From assembly GCA_963842525.1 (NCBI GenBank), contig CAWJGT010000009.1, forward strand, positions 32,001-96,000: DNA of 64,000 nucleotides. Direction: 5' to 3'. Below, in pieces: positions 31,563-39,634 of this stretch (position 1 is the first letter of the stretch; every line of letters begins with the position of its first letter). This DNA is from an uncultured Holophagales bacterium. Its GTDB lineage: Bacteria > Acidobacteriota > Thermoanaerobaculia > Multivoradales > UBA5704. A model generated the notes under the pieces. It ran no database searches. It was not told where the DNA came from and worked only from the letters and a program-made list of their open reading frames with translations. The translations under genes were made by a program, and so were the position numbers.

Positions 31563-31684
31563 CGGGGTTCCCCTTTCAAACGCTAAGTTCCCCGAAACAT
31601 ACAACCAGCGGCCCCGCTCTTGCACCCCCTCGCCCTGCATAGCATCTTTATGCCCGCCCCCCCTCGGGGCTCTTCCCGCGCCGC

Positions 31685-31870
31685 GATCACCTGGCGCGCC
31701 GCTTCGCGGTCGTAGAGGGCTTCCACCGGCACCGGATTGGCCAGGACTCCCGGCGCCTCGAGCTGCTCGCCCGGATGCGCGATGCGCATCTTCCGGTCCG
31801 GCTGGTGCACCTCGATCCGCCGCGGACCGGTCAGGCGCACCGCCCAGATGTGGCGTGAGCCCGCGGCGAA
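31685..31870 (-). pseudogene. C-terminal fragment of a Uma2-family endonuclease-like protein
   Basis: AGSRHIWAVRLTGPRRIEV...PGEQLEAPGVLANPVPVEALYDREAA, with no start. Confidence 0.55.
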
Positions 31871-31871
31871 G

Positions 31872-32114
31872 CTATTCGTGCTCCCGGAGCATCTGCTCGA
31901 GAGGTATGGTGGCCTTCTCCGAGAAGCGTTCCTGCAGGAATCGCATGAACTCCGGGTTGCTGCCGAGGAGATCAGCCTCAACCCGGAGGTCGTCGACCGA
32001 TCCTAGGACGAACTCCTCGCCGGCAGAAGTGCGGATAAGGACAGTCTCGGTGCGCGCGATGGCTAGGATGTCCTGGAGTGACGGTGGCGGCGTTGCTATT
32101 TCGATGGTTTTCAT
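31872..32114 (-). CDS. Putative antitoxin
   Basis: MKTIEI...DDLRVEADLLGSNPEFMRFLQER...IPLEQ. ATGA overlap with the upstream RelE. Confidence 0.7.
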   Translation of the reverse strand: MKTIEIATPPPSLQDILAIARTETVLIRTSAGEEFVLGSVDDLRVEADLLGSNPEFMRFLQERFSEKATIPLEQMLREHE

Positions 32115-32405
32115 ATCTGGAATACCTCTCCACGAATGTAGAGCGTGTTGTGCTCCTTGACGCCTACTGCACCAACTGACACCGTCTGAGCCTCGAGGTC
32201 GGGTGCGTAGAAGACGCGGAAGTTGCCGATTCGGAGCTTCCCAGGGGCCAAGTGGATTGGGGTTCAGACGCTTCCGATTGGTGGTTTCGGTCACCGGTTC
32301 GTGCGTGAGTTGAAGTCGCACGACGTCAAGGATGAGCTTTTGGTCGGCCTTGCGAAAGTAGCGGACATCCTTGGCCGCGCTGGGAGTGAAGGACACGCGA
32401 AACAC
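32111..32405 (-). CDS. RelE/ParE-family toxin (toxin-first order); frameshift near 32237
   Basis: FTPSAAKDV...QLTHEP..ET.NRKRL.PNPLGPWE/LRIGNFRVFY...VGVKEHNTLYIRG. Confidence 0.8.
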
Positions 32406-33402
32406 CAAGTCAGACTAGCACACCCGTCGCTTTCGGTAGCCGCTGGTGCCGAGCAAAGAGGTGTGAAGAGGGAGTGGGTGGCAGCGCACCGCCACCCACG
32501 GGGGTGTGCGGCGGATTGGGCCAACGCGAGCAGACCGGCGCTCGCTGCCGGCTACAGCCGCTGCGCGCTCACGGCGCATCCTTGCGAAGCTCCGCGAGCC
32601 GGGACTCCTCCTGGAGGTCCCACCGCTCGGCGAGCGCGGGCCTCGTCGTGGGGGACAACCCGAGAACCTCCGTGGTCTTCCCGATAATCCGTTTCATACC
32701 CGTCACGGTAGTATTCGGCGCCGCAGCTTGCAAGGACGTGTCGTGTCATGAGATCGATCCTCAGCAGAGACGTGAGAATTTGTACTGCGAAAAGGCCGGT
32801 GCTCGTGAGGCGAAAACCCGCGCAGCCATTCGTCGCACAACGTCGCGATCCTCCTGGTAACGGCGCAATGACTACACTTAGTGCGACATTGACTCCAGTC
32901 AACGTGGCAATGACTCCAGGAAATATAGCATTGCCTCGAGTCAATGCAATATTTCCAGAAGCGACGTGAGAAGCACGCTTGTCTCGGCTTCGGCTCAAGG
33001 AGCTCTTCATCTCAAGGAGAGGAGGCAATGTTGAAAAGGGTAAGCCTGCGTCGCCTCCGCGCCTGCGCATCGCGACGTTTCCCCGACCTTTTATGGCGTT
33101 GGGTTGACATCATATCGAGCTAGGTGCATCAAACGAAGCAATGTGGATCACCTTTGCTACGTTGCGCGGGATTCAGGTAATCCAGACGAGGGGCACAGCT
33201 TTGCGATGCGCGGGAAATGTCGCAATTTGGCTGGACAACGGGAGGGTCTGGACGGTTGACGCCTCTTGCGGTACAATCCCTCTGAAGCAAGGCCGCCGCA
33301 AGGAGACATTCAGTCGGGCTCTTGCGACATTATGGAGAGTCGATGGTCCTCGGAGCGGTCTTCGGAAGGAGCCGAGGCATCGCGACATTGGAGGGAGCTG
33401 CT

Positions 33403-33921
33403 ATGGGTTCAGGACGGTCCGTTGAACAGATGCTGGCGCAGTTGGAGACGAAGATCGCGCACCATCGGACGCAGCAGGCGTTCCACATGCAGCAGGAGGC
33501 GCTCCATCGGGAGCAGAAGGCTCTGCATGAGGCCGAGCTCCAGAGCACGCTCGAGCGCTTCGAGGCGTTCCAGGCCGCTGCTGCGGCCGCCGGCGAGATC
33601 CTGGAGCGCGAAAAGGCCGCCGCGGTGCCGGTTCCAGCCCGGGACAGCGATCTCGACCTGGCCAAGGGGTGGCCGGTGTCGCGGATGATGGCGCTGATCC
33701 TGGAGGGCAAAGCGGCGGACGAGGTGTTCGGGGCCTCCTCGATGGTGCAGGAGATCCACAAACGCTGGGGCCAGAAGCTGCGGCGAAAGGTCAGCCCCCG
33801 GAGCGCCTCGGCGACCCTCCGCCGCTGGGCCCAAGCCGGGCGGATCCACATGGTCCGCGACGGCAAGACCAACTACGAATCGCTCTATACCAAGGTCGCA
33901 CGGCCTGCAGGGGAGCGGTAA
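33403..33921 (+). CDS. Hypothetical coiled-coil plus winged-helix-like protein
   Basis: RBS GGAG; strong codon bias; N-terminal coiled coil and C-terminal SATLRRWA..GRIH.VR.G. Confidence 0.7.
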   Translation: MGSGRSVEQMLAQLETKIAHHRTQQAFHMQQEALHREQKALHEAELQSTLERFEAFQAAAAAAGEILEREKAAAVPVPARDSDLDLAKGWPVSRMMALILEGKAADEVFGASSMVQEIHKRWGQKLRRKVSPRSASATLRRWAQAGRIHMVRDGKTNYESLYTKVARPAGER

Positions 33922-33963
33922 AACTGTTCGGCTACGAAATACCGAACACGGGAAATCACCACG

Positions 33964-34815
33964 ATGACCTTTGAACCACTGATCGCCTTCTTCGCCCTCT
34001 TCGCCGCAAGCCAGCCGCTTGTGGTAACGCTGGCCCCGGATCAGTGCCACTTCTTCGGAGAATTCAACTCCTCGTGGACAGAGTACCTGGGGCTCGATTA
34101 CACGGGTAGGTACGTATCGGTTAACAGCCAGCACCTGTTCGTCGAGGTTCAAGATCAAGGGGCATGGCGGCAACTCCCAACGGGGGTGGTCGAGCTGATC
34201 TCGGACCGACGGCTTCGTGCAGTCGAGGCTCCACCCCTTGAGGTCTTTCTTTGGCATGTATCGCCCGGTGAGCAGACAGTCTATCTGGGTTCCATTTCGT
34301 CGGCGCTGGAGCGCCTTTTGGCCGAACGCAAGCGAGATTCATTCAGCCTGAGAGAGGTCCGCTCCATCTATCGCCGCCCCTCGGTCCTCCCGGGTGAAAC
34401 CATCCCAGCCGTTGATCTCCTGGAAAAATATCCCGATCGTGATCCGCGAATGTCTCGCCGCGACCTCGAGGCGCTGAAGGTCGCTATCGGGAAATATCTC
34501 GCTGCACCAGACCAGAACGTCTTCCGGTTCACTCCTCTCGCCTTTGGCTCCGATACGTTCCTCGAATGGCAGAACACCGGCACGCTCTGGCAACGCGACA
34601 GGTTCCAGCAAATATCCATGCTAAAGGACATGAGGTTCGGCCAGTATCCCGCGATGGTGTTCACTCCCATACCGATTGCTGCATTCGCTGAAGGTGCCGG
34701 CACTACACAGGCTTTCCAGTTCTATCCCGAGATGAACGAACGGCGAGGTCATGATCAACTCCCTCTGGTCGCGCAGGTCACTGCACTGTGTGCAGCCCGT
34801 GGCGAGTCGCCCTGA
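33964..34815 (+). CDS. Hypothetical exported protein
   Basis: 283-aa ORF with a hydrophobic N-terminus; no recognisable motif. Confidence 0.55.
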   Translation: MTFEPLIAFFALFAASQPLVVTLAPDQCHFFGEFNSSWTEYLGLDYTGRYVSVNSQHLFVEVQDQGAWRQLPTGVVELISDRRLRAVEAPPLEVFLWHVSPGEQTVYLGSISSALERLLAERKRDSFSLREVRSIYRRPSVLPGETIPAVDLLEKYPDRDPRMSRRDLEALKVAIGKYLAAPDQNVFRFTPLAFGSDTFLEWQNTGTLWQRDRFQQISMLKDMRFGQYPAMVFTPIPIAAFAEGAGTTQAFQFYPEMNERRGHDQLPLVAQVTALCAARGESP

Positions 34816-34927
34816 CCAACTCCCGGAGTTGGCGGTTGAGGGGCCAGGGAGCAGATGGGATTGGCGGTGAGGCACGCAAGCGGAGCCTTGTTGTGCTAAG
34901 ATCAAAGCTCCTTCGAAAGGAGATTCC

Positions 34928-35074
34928 ATGAAGCGCAAGACCCATCTGAAGACGGTCGATCCGGCGGTATTGAAGAAGATCCTCGGCGGGATTCGGCCGG
35001 TCGAGGGCAGGGACAGGGACGAGAACGTCACAGTCATCGCTCAGCCTGCCTTTAGTTCTTTCTTTCACTCCTGA
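34928..35074 (+). CDS. Double-glycine-leader peptide precursor (48 aa), not in the ORF track
   Basis: AAAGGAG RBS; MKRKTHLKTVDPAVLKKILGG-IRPVEGRDRDENVTVIAQPAFSSFFHS; ends 21 nt before a GT2-TPR gene. Confidence 0.7.
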   Translation: MKRKTHLKTVDPAVLKKILGGIRPVEGRDRDENVTVIAQPAFSSFFHS

Positions 35075-35095
35075 TTCGATTCCACCGCCCCGCCC

Positions 35096-36349
35096 GTGCT
35101 GCTCTCGGTCTGTCTGATCACGAAGAACGAGGAGCAGTTCCTGGCGGGGTGTCTGGATTCCGTCCGCCCGGTGGCCGACGAGATCGTGCTCGTGGACACG
35201 GGCTCCGTGGACCGCACTGTAGAGATCGCTGGAGAGTACGGGTGCCGCGTCCTGCACCGGCCCTGGGACGACGACTTCTCGGCCGCCCGCAACGCGGGGA
35301 TCGCCGTGGCGCAGGGGAGTTGGATCCTCTGCCTCGACGCTGACGAGAGGCTCTCAGACCCTAGGGCCGTGCGCGATGCGATCCTCGCGGCCCTGCCTGA
35401 AATAGGTGGTTTCCTCATCGAACGCCATGACGTCGTCACAGACCCCGAGGAGGGGCAGACCGACGTCCATCCCATCGGGATCCTCCGGCTGTTCCGGAAC
35501 CACGTGGGAATCCGGTACGAGGGCATCGTCCACGAGCGTCCCAACGACACCGTGATCCGGGCCGGGTTTCAGATCGGCACGCTGGCCACCCTGAAGCTGA
35601 CTCACCTGGTGAACCATCTGCCCCAGGACCGGCTGGAGGCCAAGCAAAGGCGCTACCTTCTCCTCCTGGATCAAGAGCTCGGGAAGGACGCGCGAAACTT
35701 CTGGGCCCGGTATTACCGCGGGAAGACCCTGTGGTTCCTCCGCCGGCTGGAGGAGGCCGGGTCGGAATTCCGCGGCCTGGTGGCCAGCGAGGGATGTCCC
35801 CTTTCCTTGCGGGCATCCGCCTGGTGCATGCTGGCGGCCCTGCTTTCCGAGGAAGGTCTCCGGAGCGATGCCGTGGACTGCGTGCAGGAGAGCCTCGCGC
35901 TCATCCCGGACCAGTCCCTGGCATTCTACGTGCTCGCCGAGATCCTGTACGCGGACGGCCATTTCGCCCATGCCCTGGAGGCCTACCGGCGCGTCCGGCG
36001 CAGCATGGACCCGGAGAGCTCTCTGGGCCAGGTTCTGGGAGATCTGTGCATGACCCGCGAAAAGCGCGCCTACAAGCTCGGCTGCTGCTACCTGGCCCTC
36101 GGCCATCTCGCACCGGCCGAAGCCCAGTTCCGGGAGGGCTTGGACGCGGATGCCAACCACGGCGGCTGTCACTACGGTCTGGCCCGTGTCGCCCTGCTCC
36201 GCGACGACCATGCCGGTGCCATCGAGCGACTGGAAGCCACGTTGAAGAATGACCCCGCTTGGAAGACCCCCCGGGAAGCTCCTGACCAGGCTGAGAGCAG
36301 AGGGTGCGAGGGACCGGTTTGTCTTATCGTCCTCCACCAGTCGCGTTGA
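35096..36349 (+). CDS. GT2 glycosyltransferase with TPRs (SunS-like)
   Basis: SVCLITKNEE, VDTGSVDRT, W.DDFSAARN, LDADE, RLFRN..GIRYEG.VHE, followed by TPRs. Confidence 0.9.
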   Translation: MLLSVCLITKNEEQFLAGCLDSVRPVADEIVLVDTGSVDRTVEIAGEYGCRVLHRPWDDDFSAARNAGIAVAQGSWILCLDADERLSDPRAVRDAILAALPEIGGFLIERHDVVTDPEEGQTDVHPIGILRLFRNHVGIRYEGIVHERPNDTVIRAGFQIGTLATLKLTHLVNHLPQDRLEAKQRRYLLLLDQELGKDARNFWARYYRGKTLWFLRRLEEAGSEFRGLVASEGCPLSLRASAWCMLAALLSEEGLRSDAVDCVQESLALIPDQSLAFYVLAEILYADGHFAHALEAYRRVRRSMDPESSLGQVLGDLCMTREKRAYKLGCCYLALGHLAPAEAQFREGLDADANHGGCHYGLARVALLRDDHAGAIERLEATLKNDPAWKTPREAPDQAESRGCEGPVCLIVLHQSR

Positions 36350-36424
36350 CTCTCTCAATGCGAAAGCGTATCATGAGTAGCGAGAACAAGTTACGGGATA
36401 GGATGCGCAGAAAAGGAGCAAAGA

Positions 36425-36796
36425 ATGGAACTGGGCGCGTTTTCAATCAGTTTGGCTGTCAAGGATCTCGAGGCTTCGAGGGCGTTCTACGAGAAGTTCG
36501 GGTTCAAGCCCTTCGCCGGGGATGCCTCGAAAAACTGGCTGATTCTGAAGAACGGCGATCACGTAATCGGGCTTTTTCAAGGGATGTTTGAGAAGAACAT
36601 TCTCACCTTCAATCCCGGCTGGGACAGCAACGCTCAGAAGCTCGACTCTTTCACCGACATCCGCGAGCTGCAGCGCCAGTTGAAGGCGCAGGGCGTGCAG
36701 TTGGAGCAAGAGGCGGACGAGAGCACAACGGGGCCGGCCAGCTTCATCGCTGTGGACCCCGATGGAAATCCGATCCTCGTCGATCAGCATGTTTGA
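36425..36796 (+). CDS. VOC/glyoxalase family protein
   Basis: [48 protein letters not shown]. Confidence 0.92.
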   Translation: MELGAFSISLAVKDLEASRAFYEKFGFKPFAGDASKNWLILKNGDHVIGLFQGMFEKNILTFNPGWDSNAQKLDSFTDIRELQRQLKAQGVQLEQEADESTTGPASFIAVDPDGNPILVDQHV

Positions 36797-36801
36797 GCGT
36801 C

Positions 36802-36873
36802 ATGTCATTCGTCGACCCATACATCGTGCCGTTGATCCTGCTCGCTGCTGTGGGGTGTGCCGGCTTGTAGGCG
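36802..36873 (+). pseudogene. Internally deleted copy of the DUF1772 gene
   Basis: Matches the first ~57 nt of 29294 onward, fused to its last codons (GCCGGC.TGTAGGCG). Confidence 0.7.
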
Positions 36874-36882
36874 CGAAGGGGC

Positions 36883-38232
36883 TCACCCTCTGCGGTTCTT
36901 GAGGATTTTTACGAACGACCGCCCGCGTAGCTCCTCCAGGGTCAGTCCCGAGCGCTCCAATGCCTCCTCCTCGGTGAGGGCGCCGCAGTTGATGGCGCGC
37001 AGGAAGTAGTTGAGGAGACCCTGGCCGGTTGCAGCGTCGTCGAAGACCTCGCCGACGAGGGTGGCCTGGGCGGCTTTCTGGACGAAATTGCGGAGGCGGT
37101 CGGAGGCGGCGTCGAGCCCCTCCAGGAAGAAGGCAAAGAGGGTGGCGTAGCGGGTGACGAGTTGCGCTGGGTGGAGATCCCAGCCCTGGTAGAAGCCGCC
37201 GACCAGGGAGTGCCGGACGTGCTCCGCATGGAGCTTCCAGGCACGGTGGACGACGGCGCGGTTCTCCGCGATCTGGGCCGGGGTGAGCGGCGGGCCGTCC
37301 TGGACGGCGCGGTGCGGCGGCACGGGGAGGACATTGGTGGAGCCATCCGAGATCCAGATCCCGGTGCCGGCGAAGGCGACCTGCATCATGTGCTTGGCGA
37401 AGTCGCAGGCCGGGTGGGTCATGATCTGGTGCTGCGCCGTGATGTTGCAGGAGGCCGTGTAGTCGTAGGTGCCGAAGTGGGCGGCTACGCAGCGGCCCCG
37501 GGCGGCGGCGGCGAGGATCGGCATGGGTGAGCCGCCGCTTTCGTCCAGGATCGCCTGCGGAGTCTCGATCATGATCTCGAGCCGCAGCGAGCCTTTCGAC
37601 AGGCCGAGTGCCGGCTCCAGGAGATCGAAGAGATCGGCCAGGGCTGCAACCTCCTCAGGAATGGTCACCTTGGGAAGGGTGACGACGAAGCCCTCGGGCA
37701 GGCGTCCTCCCGCCTCGCGGACCAGTGTGGTCAGGAAGAGATCGAGCGTGCGCAAGGACCGGGCCCGCAGCTCCTCGGTGAACGGTTTGATGCGGATACC
37801 GACGAAGGCCGGCAGGGTGCCGGCGGTTAAACCCGCGGCCATCTCGCGAGCGGCGGCTTCGGCGTGGCCGTCCTCCTCCGCGTCCGGCCGGTTGCCATAG
37901 CCGTCTTCGAAATCGACCCGGAAGTCCTCGATCGGCTCACGGCGCAGCTTTTCGATCACCCGCGCGTGGATCGTGGGGGCGAGCGCCTCCGGAATGCCTG
38001 CCGCTTCGGCCAGGTCTCCCGGTGTGGGGGCGTATTCCTCCAGGGCGCGCAGGGCGAGCCTGCCCAGCCGGGCGGCGGTGTCGGAGCGGAACAGGTGGGC
38101 GCCACCGTACACGGTGTGGACGGGCTGCCGGTGCCCGGAGTCGCCGGGGTGGAGGCGGTTGAACGAGAGGCTCGCGGCGCTCAGCCGCTCAAAGATCGGG
38201 CGGACCGCATCGGGGGTCAGGGTGGTCGGCAT
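36883..38232 (-). CDS. HpcH/HpaI aldolase / citrate-lyase-beta (CitE)-like protein (DUF6986-like)
   Basis: RQPVHTVYGGAHLF, DFRVDFEDGYG, TLPKV, EIMIETPQ, HFGTYDYTA, QGWDLHPAQL. Confidence 0.8.
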   Translation of the reverse strand: MPTTLTPDAVRPIFERLSAASLSFNRLHPGDSGHRQPVHTVYGGAHLFRSDTAARLGRLALRALEEYAPTPGDLAEAAGIPEALAPTIHARVIEKLRREPIEDFRVDFEDGYGNRPDAEEDGHAEAAAREMAAGLTAGTLPAFVGIRIKPFTEELRARSLRTLDLFLTTLVREAGGRLPEGFVVTLPKVTIPEEVAALADLFDLLEPALGLSKGSLRLEIMIETPQAILDESGGSPMPILAAAARGRCVAAHFGTYDYTASCNITAQHQIMTHPACDFAKHMMQVAFAGTGIWISDGSTNVLPVPPHRAVQDGPPLTPAQIAENRAVVHRAWKLHAEHVRHSLVGGFYQGWDLHPAQLVTRYATLFAFFLEGLDAASDRLRNFVQKAAQATLVGEVFDDAATGQGLLNYFLRAINCGALTEEEALERSGLTLEELRGRSFVKILKNRRG

Positions 38233-38254
38233 CGTGGTGCTCCTCAGAAAAAGA

Positions 38255-38312
38255 ACCTCACCCCCTGGCCCCCTCTCCCATCGCACTCCCCCCGACCGGG
38301 AGAGGGGGAACG
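38255..38312. repeat. BoxC-like palindromic repeat
   Basis: CCTCACCCCCTGGCCCCCTCTCCC...GGGAGAGGGGG, intergenic. Confidence 0.7.
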
Positions 38313-38323
38313 CAGGCGTCGCC

Positions 38324-39166
38324 TCAGTGCCCGATCCCCAGGACCATTCGGCGCACGACACGCTCCAAGGCGAAGCGGCGGTAGTCCGCGGTGGAGCGGA
38401 CGTCGTCGATCGGGGTGACCTCGCGGGCCGCCTCCCGGCCGGCGATGTCGGCTGCCTCGGGACCCGCCTCCAATCCCCGCACCGCTTCTTCGGCGGTTTT
38501 CAGACGGACAGGCGTTGCGGCCACGCTCCCGGCGGCGAGGCGCAGCTCGGCGATCCTCCCTCCGTCCAGCCGGCCGGCCAGGGCGACGACGACCTTGCTG
38601 ATCGCCTGGGCTTCGCGGGTGCCCACCTTGCGGAACGCCTGGAACGAGCCTTCCGGCGGACGAGGAAGGCGGACCCGGACGACGATCTCCCCGGGTTGCA
38701 GCGCAGTCTTGCGATAGCCCGTATGGAAGCCGGCGTAGGGGATCTCCCGCAGGCCCTGCGGACTGGCCGCCACGATCACGGCGTCCAGGGCAAGAAGGAC
38801 AGGAAGCGAGTCGCCGGCCGGGCTGGCGTTCGCGATGTTGCCTCCCAGGGTGGCCCGGTTCTGGATCTGCCAACCGCCGATCCGCGAGGCAGCCTCGGCA
38901 AGCGTCGGGAACGCGGCGCGGACGGCCGGATCGCGGCGGATCTCGGTGAAGGTCGCCGTGGCGCCGATCTCGATCGCGCCGTCGACCTCGCGAATGCCGC
39001 GCAGCTCGGGGATGCCAAGGAGGTCGAGGACCCTGTCCATGCTGTGGAGCGCTTCGGGACCGCGCACCATCAGGTCCGTGCAGCCGGCCGTGGGGACCAG
39101 GGACGGGTCCTCCTCCAGATGGCGGACCGCCTCGTCGAGCGATTGCGGACGGAGCGCGATAGTCAC
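38324..39166 (-). CDS. Xanthine dehydrogenase FAD-binding subunit
   Basis: AGCTDL, IGATAT, QIQNRATLGGNIANASPAGD, FRKVGTREAQAISK, PIDDVRSTADYR. Confidence 0.92.
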   Translation of the reverse strand: MTIALRPQSLDEAVRHLEEDPSLVPTAGCTDLMVRGPEALHSMDRVLDLLGIPELRGIREVDGAIEIGATATFTEIRRDPAVRAAFPTLAEAASRIGGWQIQNRATLGGNIANASPAGDSLPVLLALDAVIVAASPQGLREIPYAGFHTGYRKTALQPGEIVVRVRLPRPPEGSFQAFRKVGTREAQAISKVVVALAGRLDGGRIAELRLAAGSVAATPVRLKTAEEAVRGLEAGPEAADIAGREAAREVTPIDDVRSTADYRRFALERVVRRMVLGIGH

Positions 39167-39181
39167 CAGGTCACCACCGGG

Positions 39182-39634
39182 TCAACGCTCCGGCTCCGGA
39201 GAGAACGCCCGCAGGATGCCTTCGTAGCCTGTGCAGCGGCAGAGATTGCCGGCCAGCGCCTCCCGGATCTCCTCGCGGCCCGGCTCCGGGCTGTGCTGGA
39301 GGAGCGCCCAGGCGGTGACGACGATCCCGGGCGTGCAGGCGCCGCACTGGACGCCGCCGGTGGCGACGAACCGCTCCAGGAATTCGCGCGCCGGACCCTC
39401 GGCGATCCCCTCGACCGTCTCGATCCGCCGCCCTTCGCACTGGAAGAGGGGGACGAGGCAGGAGAGGACCGGCTCCCCGTCCAGCAGCACCGTGCAGGCG
39501 CCGCATTCTCCTTCGCCGCACCCTTCCTTGGTGCCGGTCAGCCCGAGCCCCTCGCGGACCACGTCGAGCAGGCGCTCCATGGGATGGCCGTCGATCTCGG
39601 CGGGATGGCCGTTGAGGGTGAAGGAAGCCTTCAT
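39182..39634 (-). CDS. Xanthine dehydrogenase 2Fe-2S subunit
   Basis: GTKEGCGEGECGACT, QCGACTPG, GNLCRCTGY. Confidence 0.95.
   Translation of the reverse strand: MKASFTLNGHPAEIDGHPMERLLDVVREGLGLTGTKEGCGEGECGACTVLLDGEPVLSCLVPLFQCEGRRIETVEGIAEGPAREFLERFVATGGVQCGACTPGIVVTAWALLQHSPEPGREEIREALAGNLCRCTGYEGILRAFSPEPER

Larger units (their letters stand above)
30042..31648 (-). mobile_element. IS110-family (IS1111-type) insertion sequence
   Basis: Transposase plus a long 3' non-coding end; shared AAG core at both junctions; imperfect sub-terminal IR (CTATGCAGGGC / GCCCACATAG); TTGACA near the right end. The flanks rejoin into a REP-like hairpin. Confidence 0.85.

Noticed and set aside
31872-32408. 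Toxin-antitoxin fusion protein (178 aa)
   Set aside because: One extra base near 32237 explains it. Correction restores RelE WELRIGNFRVFY and an ATGA overlap with the antitoxin.
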